This document shows, one piece after another, positions 12,847-23,004 of a DNA stretch of 64,000 nt (the first letter of the stretch is position 1; each line of letters begins with the position of its first letter). The notes below the pieces were generated by a model. It was not told where the DNA came from. It saw only the letters and a list, made by a program, of their open reading frames with translations, and ran no database searches. Source of the DNA: Puccinia triticina (Eukaryota); the NCBI GenBank assembly GCA_026914245.1, contig CP110440.1:1054001-1118000 (forward strand). The letters are read 5' to 3'. Position numbers and translations under genes: made by a program.

Positions 12847-14934
12847 GACGGCCCTCCAAAGGGTCATCGCGAGCCTTTCCCTTGTGAGAAAGAACCGCCT
12901 TGCGCCCATGGCCGGGAAAGTCGCGCTCCCAGCGTCCGGAATCCACCGAGCATAAAGAGACTTCGATCTTGCGGCCCGTCGAATCCAGCAAGAGGATCCG
13001 CTCGCCCACTTGGTTGTCGAAATTCAAGGTTGCATTGAAATCCATGAGGAACGGTCGGCCGAAAATAAGGGGCCCATCCATACGTGTGATCCAGAAATGA
13101 CACGAGCCGACAATCGTCTTTCCCACTCGAATTGGGACGTCTTCCGCGACCCCAACGAGTTCACACGCCTGGTTTCCGAGCCCGTACACCGCAGAACTAA
13201 AATTTACGCGAGGACTAATGTTAAACTTATTAGCCATGGCGTCCAAAATCAAATTTAACTGGGAACCCAAGTCGATTAACGGGAGGGCGTTACTCTCCTC
13301 GTCGCCGACCAAACACGGCATGTAACCTAGTGGACAAGAATAAAGCCTCATCCCGTCGATCCGCCCTTCGCCTTCCGAGTCCTCTGCCAGCGTTCCAGAT
13401 GACACCCTCATCTCATCCGCCCCGACCTCGACGCGCCGTCGTGAAACCCACTTCTTCATACCTTTGGCTACTGACGGGGCCACGGCCAACAACTTGGATA
13501 CAGTGACGTTCGGCACGTTGACGTCAAACATCTTCTTGAGTATCACGTCCGCCGCATTGGGGTGGTCCTTGGAGATACCACGCTCAAAGCGCACCTTAGG
13601 GGTCGGCGGGATTGTCTTGGACGTCGACGGCGCGGCGGGACTGTCCTTCGGCGTATCTTTGGTAGGGGGAGCCGCAGGCACCCGCTCAAACAACTCGGAT
13701 TCAGCATCCATTCCATCTGTATCTGACCCTGATTTCGGGGCTGGAACCGTACGCATCGGTCGCCGCGCCGCAGAGGGAGGGACCGCTGGAGTCTTGAAAG
13801 GCTTGGGAGCCTCATGCTTCTTCTTTGCGGGATCAGACTGATACGTTCCCGAGAACGACTGAGAGGAAATAGAAGGTGGTTGCCACGGGTCCAGAGAACC
13901 GCACGCCGCTCGAAACTCCTGATCTGGGACGCTAGCCGTTTGTACGAGGCTACCACATGGCGGATCGGGCGCGATGAATCAACGGGAATAAGCGCGCCAT
14001 TGGGGAGGAAGAAACTGCCCCCCCTCTGCTCCACCAACTTTTCTTCCTTGTCCTTCTGTAGTTCGACGCATCGGCCAAGACCGTGGCCCTCCCTATGACA
14101 ATAGTAACAGACTATAGGGCTGCGGGGCGTCGAAGGTCTTGCTTGAGCTGCAAACTTTTGCTCCAACCGCTGTTCAAAGGACTGGAGCATACGTTCGATT
14201 TCGTCCACCGTAGCGGGCGCCCTTACTTGACTCGGGGCCTCCTTAGGACGTCGATCAGACTCCATCTTCTGCATTACATTGTTCGCTTGCTTGAAGGAGC
14301 CGACTAGAACGGGAACTTCGGCACGCGAGCCTTCGAACGTAAGCGCCGTCTGAGTCTTCATCACCTCCTTGACGGCTTTCTTCAAGATCTCGAAGGTTGG
14401 TAACTTAAATCTATTATCCTGAGTTGTGATCATGGTCTTGTCCTTGATTAGCTGATCGCGAATCCTCTCCTGAACACCGGCCGAAAACGATTGATAGTAG
14501 AGACGTTTGATTTCTTCTACCAAGTCAATATGGTCCTTGCGCAGTAGATACGACTGGATCGGCTGCCAGGTTTTGCGAAATCCCTGAAAGTCCACAACTG
14601 ACGCGACTCCGCCCTTGGCCTTCCATCCCTGAACCAACTCCTCCAGATCCTGAGTCGTAAAGCGGGCCGTATCAATCCTGCCCCAGTGAGACTTCATAGC
14701 CGCCTTCAGCAGTGCCCAGTTTGGCGGCTCGAAACCATCAAGAGTCTCGACAATGTCCTTGACCTCAGCTCCTCGAATAAAGAAACGCACTTGTTGCGCC
14801 ATGTCGAGCTCAGAAGCGCCATCGAGCCTAGCCGCCAGCTGATAGTCGGCCAAGAAACGTTCTACGTTGGTGCCATTGAAACCCAGAGTTTTATCCTGGG
14901 GTTTGATCTTGATCATCCTGGAATCTTCGGCCAT
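12836..14934 (-). pseudogene. Gypsy gag-protease with one frameshift near 13930
   Basis: Gag with CCHC knuckle CYYCHREGHGLGRC. Protease motifs LIDLGSQLN (degenerate DSG) and LIFGRPFL in ORF 12836-13756. Confidence 0.9.
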
Positions 14935-15144
14935 CGAGGGAATCCTAAAGAGACAGGGGGAGTTTCTGGCTCACAGGTGTGGCGGCGTAATGTTGCGACT
15001 ATAGTAGTGAGAACCCGGGAGGTGCACAATTGGAGGGACTTACTTCTAGTCTCCTTGCCCTCGCCGTTGAACCCTAAAGAAAAAGAAAAGAAACCTTAAA
15101 GTAAGAACAAAGACCGCCAAGCGTCTCGAAACCGTCCAAATCGG

Positions 15145-15194
15145 CGAGACTGTAAATCTTGAGGTCGCTGGTTCGATCCCGGCTCGGGGGACCA
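15145..15194 (-). other. Extended primer-binding site, antisense to nt 27-76 of mature tRNA-Tyr(GUA)
   Basis: Plus strand reads CGAGA-CTGTAAA-TCTTG-AGGTC-GCTGG-TTCGATC-CCGGC-TCGGGGG-A-CCA, ending 2 nt from the 5' LTR. Confidence 0.92.
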
Positions 15195-15196
15195 AA

Positions 15197-16011
15197 TATG
15201 GAACTCTGGCCGGTGCTAGGCCGGCAGCAGTTCAGGGAGGGGAAAGAAATAAAAGAAAAGAGACTAAGGAATATGCCCTCCAGGTTTTTGGCCGATAAAG
15301 AGCGCCGAGATTTGTGTAGCATTGGGGGGGGGGTTTGATTTTACGACGGCTAGAGATGCGCGTCGGCGATTTTGTTTGAGAGAGGAGCCGGGGATACTGC
15401 CGGCGGGGTTGTGATCTAAACCAGAGAGTTGGAAGAGATCGGTGTTGCGGGGAAATTGAACTTTAACAAGCTGATACTTCGGGCAGACAGTTGCCAAGAC
15501 TTATAACTTTGAATTTTTGATGGAGAAACTGAAAATTATGGTTCAGAGTAGGTCCATGCCGCTCCAAAGCCTGAGTTCAAACTGAACTCAAACCTTGGAG
15601 TTGGTGACATGTAGCAGACATCTCATCACAACCTAGCGCGCACGCGCGCGCAACAACAACACGAGACAAAAGACAGAAACAAACCCAAACAAAACAGAAA
15701 CAAAACAAACCAACCCTCCTCATACAAAACCTATCCAACGCGCGCAATGTGAAAGAGGAAATAACAAAACATGATGAAAGATAAACTTAAAAGAAAACAG
15801 GACCAAGAAAGCCAAAACACAAGGAAGAGGGGGGGGGGGGGAAGAAGACCTGAAACGCCTCGAGGATGCGCGCCACGCCGCGCCGTTGAACTTGAGGAGG
15901 CCTCGAGGGCTGAAAGCTGAATCTTGATGTCTTGAGTCTTGACGTCCTCTGGCGCGCGCCGTGCGCGGCAAAAAGCTTGATTCCTCCGCGTGTACCAGAT
16001 TGCCCACCACA
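15197..16011 (-). repeat. 5' LTR of Gypsy element 1 (815 bp)
   Basis: Matches 7585-8387 apart from a few substitutions and a ~10-bp insertion near 15874. Confidence 0.95.
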
Positions 16012-17281
16012 GCGTGTGGATGAAAGGGTTGCTGCAACATGTGCCTTTGTGCCCGAGGCCATCCAAGACAACAGCAAGTATGCAAAGAAGTGAAAACAGA
16101 GAGGCCATCTTGCAACCTGACGGTGAAGTATCTAGATGGCTACAGAGGCCCCTAAACTGTGAAAAAAATTCAAGAAACTGCTGTCAGTTGAAATCCAAGT
16201 TTATTAAAGCCTTGGATTCACAAAACAAAAATTCAAGGGTTTCCCCTACAAATTTCCAAAAATCCCCAAAAAAATCAAGGGTTTCCCCTCTACAACTCCC
16301 AGAAAAAAAAAATGAAGGGTTCTCCCTCACAAATACCAAAATCAACACAAAAACTAAAATATTACAAAAACCAAAAATAGAACAATAATCTGCACCCAGC
16401 CACCTAAAAACAGCAAGCTGATGCACCGTGGCCCACCATCCATCCCTGTCTAGCAGGGTTAAAAATGGTGAGAGGATGACCCCCAGCGCGCCGCATTGAA
16501 GGCATTATGCAAAGGGGGCCAACGAGTTTAGCCCCTCAAACTGCGCAAGTGCAACAGCGGAGGGGGTGAGGACAAACGGCACACTGGAATTACAGCGGCA
16601 GAGGACGCCCTGGCAATTAATCAAAACCACAAGGACCAGCTTTTATATCCAACTTTGGTTAGCCTTGCCCTTCCCCTCGACTCCACCTATGGTTGATAAC
16701 CATCTGCAACCGCCCCACCGCATCCGCCACTGTATGTTCGACCCACATGGCACTGACTACATGTATGTACATCAAACCCTGACAGTGGATTGTCCAGCTT
16801 ACTCTCTCATCATCATCTTTCTCTACAAGACCCTTGGTCCGACAGTAGTGAAGTACTTAAAATTTGACTGGACCGCTGGGGAGGTCACCAAGGTCTAAAC
16901 ACGCCTAACTTGCTGCTGGTTGCTCATACCACTGTGACTTGCCACTGCCTGCCCCTCACCGTGTCTCCACCTCCTTGCCCGTGGCCAGTCTCTACCGCCA
17001 CCACTTGTTTCCAATCACTACTCAACTAACTAACCGCTTTGTTACCAATTCAACCAATTCAGCCCTCACCACCGCCTTCCAATCAATATCAAACTACTTG
17101 CCAATTGTAGCTCTTGTTTGAGACAGGCATTTGCGAGGTATCTTTCTGGATAATCAAAGCATGGCCCGTTGGCTCTGGTTGACACAAAGTAAGAAATTAC
17201 ACTCCAGAAGACATCATGTGAGAGACTGAATTGGTTTGATTTTGCTTCTCTGTACAAAAAGCTTGGGGGTGATCCTGCAAT

Positions 17282-17893
17282 CAATGATGGGAAGTTACAT
17301 ACGTTACGATATCTGAAGCGATTTTCGTAACGTAACTTTTTCCGTTATCTTCTCACCAGTTAAAGTTTTTTTTAACTTGAAGCAAGACCGGGCTCAGGAA
17401 ACGTAACTTATGATTTTTCATTCCTCCTGAGCCCGGCAGTAACGTAACTTTCTTTTGACAAAAAAAGTGAAATAACGCTCTGGAGCGAGCTTGCTGCCGT
17501 CAGTTCAGTGCGCCGCGGCTGTCCTGTTGGATTACACGTAAACCGACAGTACGACTGCGGCGCGTACAAACCCAGCTCGCTCTGGAGCAAGCTTGCTGCC
17601 GTCAGTTCAGTGCGCCGCGGCTGTACTGTCGGATTACACGTAAACCAACATTACAACTGCGGCACGTACAAACCCAGCTCGCTCTAAAGCGAGCTGGCTG
17701 CCGTGAATAACGTAACTTTTCTAAAAAATAAAGAATAAAAAAAACCAGATAACGTAACTCAAGTGAGAAAAAAAGAAGGAAAAATACACCTAACACAACT
17801 TGAAAAAGTTAGAAGAAACTTCAACGATAACGTGCTTTTTTTAGTTACGTTAACGTTACTTTGCATTATCTATAACGTAACCTCCCATTGTTG
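17282..17893. mobile_element. MITE with CAA termini and 7-bp TSD (P-element-like), internal ACGTTAC/GTAACGT repeats
   Basis: TIRs CAATGATGGGAAGTTAC and GTAACCTCCCATTGTTG. TSD CTGCAAT on both sides. Confidence 0.85.
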
Positions 17894-18799
17894 CTGCAAT
17901 TGATGAATCTGACGGCAATCTTTGGCCGGACCTTGGTTTTGGGGTTGATACGTCAAAGCCAATATACCAATTTTTAGAACAACAACAATGGAGGAAAGAA
18001 GGCTAACTAGGTTGTCTTGTGATGTTTTTTCCATCACACTCATTGAAGACTATTGATTACATATTATTAAGCTTGATAAAAGAAAATCCCTTTTTCCTCT
18101 CTTTGCAAAGATGGAAACAATTCTTCAACTAGGATCTGTTTCTGTTGATTGATCCAACTGTTGACCTGAAAATTGAGTTCCATAACAACTATCTTTCAAA
18201 CACTAACCAATTGATCAACATTGGCAACTTTGTTCCAAACTCAAAAGTAAGCCAAGTCTCCACTACTTCTTCAAATATTGATAACAATATAGCTGGTTTA
18301 ATAATTCAACCAATATCTATTTTTTTCCTGTTGATAAAATGTTCAGTCCACAAAGCCATCAGTCATCCAATTAGTGGCCCCAAGTCATCCATCCCAAGCC
18401 AAAACTATACATGCTTGTTATGGTCAATCACGGTTAGACTCCTCTACCTCTTTTTCTCAAAACTTTGTTGATTCTTATTGTCATCGGCAGGAAATAAAAC
18501 TGAAGCCTATCTTTTGTACACATGTAGATGTTCCCAACCCTTGTCAAAATTGCTTGTTGACTACTTTCTATCATTGGTTGATCAGGTAACATATAGTTTC
18601 ACAAAAACTGAAACAAAATGTATTGACAATGAATATTGGGGAGAACCCTGCTGACATACTGCCAACAACCACTATGCCACAAAAAGCCTAAACCCTCTCT
18701 GAATCCAAAATAAATAAATAAATAAAAATGGGGATTAATGACAGAGCCAATTTTTTGATTCCGGCAACATCAAATGGCAATCTAGACCTAACAACGGAG

Positions 18800-18990
18800 A
18801 AAGGAGCAGACGAAGAGGTGGAGTTTGTGGGGCCACATCCGGCGCAAGGCTCCGTGAGCCACTGGTACACAATCATGATGTTTGAGCAAGCCGGACTGAT
18901 CAATTTGAGTGCCGATCCAGACCTACCCAACCGCGCTGGGTTCTCTTTATGCTGATTCAGTTGCCAACTTGACTTGAAACCTGCCGGCAT
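18800..18990 (+). pseudogene. Fragment of a PEBP-family gene (mitoribosomal mL38-like C-terminal part)
   Basis: EFVGPHPAQGSVSHWYTIMMFEQ...NRAGFSL resembles the PEBP GPxPPxGxGxHRY..F.Q motif. Internal stop, and no N-terminal part is visible. Confidence 0.6.
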
Positions 18991-19121
18991 GACACCCGAG
19001 ATGCTGAGGCGATCAGCTCTATCTATTTGAATTAAAATCTGAACAGCCTAAAGTTCAAGCAGACCGTCTTGGATCACCATCTCCACAATCACCACCGGAC
19101 CTCTGCCTCTTCCTATGAATG

Positions 19122-21295
19122 CACCAGGAAAAAAAAATAGTCACTTGATGGCAAGTGACATGATGCAGCTTTGGTTTCTGCTCCAGAGCTACTCCAGCGC
19201 TGCTCCAAGTCTGCTCCACCAGCACTTGTAGAGCTTGCAGGACTGCAAAAGAGCACTCAATGTGGCACAGTCAGCTGATCCTAATTTTTTTCCCAGGAAA
19301 AGCTGATGCTCATCATAAGCTGAGCAGTAGGCATTGACTGAGCCTGGGCCAAAGCTGAGCATTGGCTGAGCCTGGGCCACAGCTGAGCATTGGATATTCC
19401 AAGCCTGATACAAACTCAAGTGTCAGCTGGACCAAGAATATTCCAAATCTGAGCATCAGCTTAGCCAACAATGGTCCAAAGCTGAGCATCATCTTGGAAA
19501 AGGCTTGTGCAGAGCTTAGGATCAGCTGGGACAATACTGTTCCAAAGATTAACACCAGCTGGGCCAAAACTTTTCAAAAGCTGAGCATCAGCTGAGCCAA
19601 TGCTGGTACAAAGCTGAGCATTGGCTGAGCCAAGGCTGTTCTAAAGCTGAGTATCAGATGTTTTAAGACTATTCAAAAGATTAATATCACCTGAGCCAAG
19701 GCTGTTCCACAGCTGAGCATCAGCTGAGCATCAGCTGAGCCAAGGCTGGTCCACAGCTGAGCATCAGCTGAGCATCAGCTGAGCCAAGGCTGGTCCACAG
19801 CTGAGCATCAGCTGAGCCAAGGCTGGTCCACAGCTGAGAATCAGCTGAGCCAAGGCTGGTCCACAGCTGAGCATCAGCTGAGACAAGGCTGGCCCACAGC
19901 TGAGCATTGTCTTAGCCAAGGTTGGTCCACAGCTGAGCATCAGCTGAGCCAAGGCTGGTCCACAGATGAGCATAAGCTGTTACAGGAGTGGTCAGACTCA
20001 GAATCTGAGCATTGGCTGGGCCGAGATTTATCCAAAGCTGAAAATCAGCTGAGCCAATACTGGTCCAAAGCTGAGCATTGGCTGGGCCAATGATAGTTGT
20101 CAGACACTGAGACACTAAGTTCATGTGTCTACAATGCATAATACATGTCTTATAACCTAATGGTTAAAGACTGCTTTTATAATTGACTCATGTACATGAA
20201 GTCAAGAGTTCAATTCCCTGTCATTACATTAATTATGTACCTTTTATTCATATGTACTATTATTATGTACTCACTACATATTTCACATTCTTTTGAATAT
20301 GTAATTAACCTTATTTCACACTGATTACATATTTTGTACATACAGAGAGAGATAATCTTATCTCTCTGTGTATTCATCCTGATTAAGCTCAATGTATGTA
20401 CAAATGGGGAGATTACATACCCATTTATGTAAATCCCCTTCTGAATTCCGTGATCACTCCTCCTTGGAGTTAAGGATCCCTCAGGACCTTGACTCGAAGG
20501 AGGGAGCTGATCCCTGCAATATAAAAAGGGAGGTCTCTCACCTGTAGAGATTCTCCCACCCAGATTATTGCCATACAAACCCGTGTACCTTACTGAAATT
20601 ACAGTGAGTAAGGTTTTACATAATCTACACTAACCTTTTTCTTCCCTTACAGCTCTTCCTTCTCTTCGTGTATCTTCCCCCTAGGTACAGGTGTAGTTAT
20701 CACACCTGTAACCTAGAAGATAAGTGATCTCATCCTTATAACTCAACGGCGCTTGGCTTCATTTTCGCCGCGTCCCCTTACATATGTAAGGGTGCCAGTC
20801 CCTCCGCTCTTCGGCGTCGAGTAGGACTTCTTTCCACTGGCCTTAGGCTATAGTGTGACCCAGAAAAAACCCAACTCCGCTACATAATTGCGGCAGTTTG
20901 TAATCTAAAACCCATCAACGCCTTGTCACATAAGAGACGGGCGCTGACAATAGTCCTAGTATGAGTCTAAGATGAGCCATGAGTGGAAAAAAGCTGAAAC
21001 GCAGCTGGGCCAGGACTGGTTCTGATCTGGGCAACAAAGCTGAGCATGAGCTGGGCAACAGAGCTGAGCATAAGCTTGGAGCTAAAGCTGAGTATCAGCT
21101 GACCAGAAATGGGGATCAGTGGTGCCCATTGAAAACTGAGGATCTCCTGTGGAAATTCTGAAAGTGGTTAGATGGTGGGTAGATGATGGGTAGATGTTGG
21201 GTAGATGATTGGTAGATGGTGGGTAGATGATGGGTAGCCCGCTGGAGCTGGCATGATTTCACTTGTCATCAAGTGACCATTTTTTTTTCCTGGTG
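19122..21295. mobile_element. Non-autonomous CACC-terminus (CACTA/EnSpm-like) element with 33-bp internal tandem repeats
   Basis: TIRs CACCAGGAAAAAAAAATAGTCACTTGATG and CATCAAGTGACCATTTTTTTTTCCTGGTG. TSD ATG. AGCTGAGCATCAGCTGAGCCAAGGCTGGTCCAC array at ~19320-20090. Confidence 0.9.
20098..20949. mobile_element. Solo LTR (852 bp)
   Basis: TGTCAG...CTGACA termini, 5-bp TSD ATAGT, TATAAAA at ~20520. Confidence 0.9.
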
Positions 21296-21439
21296 ATGGG
21301 GTCCACCTCTGGTCGGATTCCTACTTCTCAACTGACAGCCGGTACAATATCATCATGCCACTTTCTAAAGTGCTGAGGCCCTTTATCTCCGCGGCAAACT
21401 CTTCACCACCGGCACCGAGGCCATCTACCTCTGCAGCGA

Positions 21440-21845
21440 CATTTTCACCCTTCACCACTGGCGCCGAGGCCATCTACCTCTGTGGCAACCTCTTTGCCAC
21501 TGGCACTTTCCCCTCCTATCACCCCAAAGACCCCTTGTTTTCCTTCAGAGATTTGAGAGTGATGCACTGCTTGGCTGCTATCTTGCCTGGTTCAGGATTG
21601 GCAGGGAGTAAGAGAACTGCGAGGACTGGAACCGGGTCGTGGGTGCCCACAAGTTCTGAAAAATGTGCCTGCGTTTACGTAAGTCTTGTTGATCTCACAA
21701 ATCAATCTCCCTCTTGACTGATATTTTTCCTTTGTTCCTGTAGAGGCTGGGCATGTCGTACATGCTGGGCCAGATGAACCTGCCTGTCAACATGGCCCAG
21801 TCGACGGTCTATCTGAAGATGGCAGCCCAGTTAGCGAACAAAGCG
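21440..21845 (+). pseudogene. Fragment of a Sel1-repeat (chitin synthase activator-like) gene with retained intron 21679-21743
   Basis: AIYLCGNLFATGTFPSYHPKDP..FRD, then a frameshifted AWFRIGRE, then CVY|RLGMSYMLGQMNLP across a GTAAGT...TAG intron. Contains frameshifts and a stop. Confidence 0.65.
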
Positions 21846-22352
21846 CCACTGCCCGCGCCCGACAAGCTCGCCTGGGAGCCCTCCGGCGTCCGTTGCCGCA
21901 AGACCATTTGCAGGGTTGACCAGGCCCATCGAGCCACCAAGCCCCAAGCCCTTGTATCCAATAATAACACAGGAATACTCTCAGGCTGTATGGTTTTATA
22001 AAACTTACTATTTTACAAGTGATAAAGATACTTTGATTTTGTCTTAGGCATCTTTTGTTGATCTGTCTCTGAAGTTTTGTGTGGATTTCTGTAATCCAAA
22101 GCATGTATTCAATTGAGATGAGAAGTGTGGTTGATATTTTCTTACAAGAATCATGTTATGCAATTAATCAAAGCTTAGTAAACCAGTATTTCTGGCTGAT
22201 GCAAGCAACACTCTTGACATAAAAATTGAAAATGTGAGTTTGGAGTCTGAGTTGAATCGTTGAACTGGAGGCACATAATTTTCTCAGGGTTCTAGCATTA
22301 TATTGAGGAAACTGTTTGGGGTAGGTTTTGATGTGTGGCTGTTTCCCCTGCA

Positions 22353-22377
22353 GCGGCGTAGCCGCCTTGGCCTCTAG
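22353..22377 (+). mobile_element. Helitron-type 3' terminus
   Basis: Hairpin GCGGC-GTA-GCCGC, 8-nt spacer, CTAG followed by T. Confidence 0.7.
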
Positions 22378-23004
22378 TGCAATATTACAAAGGCCCCTTT
22401 GTAATATTGCATATCAACTGGCAGCAGTTTCTTGAGTTTTTTTCACAGTGCTACCTCCCCATGGCCAGCGTTTGAGAACTTTGGGGGTTCAGCCCAAACC
22501 TTGCCGCAGTGGATTTGCTCTGAGTAACAGTTGGTATCTCAAAGGAATCCGCGCCTTGCAGTACTGGCACTAGGCACTTGTTCTATTGATGACAAGAAAA
22601 ATGTGTTAGACTTTTATTGCACTTGTAAGGGTAATAATATGAAATTGTAGGTAGTATATAATTGGGAGTAATGTGGAGTGATATGGTGTGATGAGGGGGG
22701 AATAAATGGCTGGATAGGGGCCTCCTTTTATACCCATGGGTGAGGGATTTGAACTCAAGGGGAACAGGCTCTGGTGGGCTAAATAGCTAATGGGGTACAT
22801 CCCTACAACATATAGTTTGACAGCACAGCCTCAAAGGGACTTACCCTAAAGAAAAAGGGTGCTACCTACAACTGAAAGGGTACAACCCCACAGGGTATTA
22901 TAAATACAATCAAAAGTATGCATATTTATTATGCATATGTAATGCAAAGTCAGCTTGAACAAAAATAAGTAAGATAAACATTCCTCATGACAGGTTGAAA
23001 TCTG

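Larger units (their letters stand above)
7585..16011 (-). mobile_element. Full-length degenerate Ty3/Gypsy LTR retrotransposon, non-chromodomain (probably Ylt1-like basidiomycete lineage)
   Basis: Near-identical LTRs at 7585-8387 and 15197-16011. 4-bp TSD GCGT (7581-84, 16012-15). Domain order gag-PR-RT-RH-IN on minus. Confidence 0.97.
16155..22450. mobile_element. Non-autonomous CACTA-superfamily (CACTG-type) element with captured gene fragments and nested insertions
   Basis: TIRs (A)ACTGTGAAAAAAATTCAAGAAACTGCTGTCAGTTGA and TCAACTGGCAGCAGTTTCTTGAGTTTTTTTCACAGTG. 3-bp TSD CTA (16152-54, 22451-53). Confidence 0.85.

Noticed and set aside
13543..13930. Programmed frameshift between gag and protease
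   Set aside because: No slippery site is evident and the element has several other lesions, so a copy-specific indel is more likely.
15121..15194. Functional tRNA-Tyr gene
   Set aside because: No D-arm or 5' acceptor strand, and it has an encoded CCA abutting an LTR. It is a PBS.
19189..20139. Repetitive LMLSCGPALAQ proteins
   Set aside because: Translation of a 33-bp tandem repeat inside a non-autonomous element.
22604..22992. Solo LTR (TGTTAG...ATGACA)
   Set aside because: LTR-like composition and ends but no matching TSD, so boundaries are not supportable.
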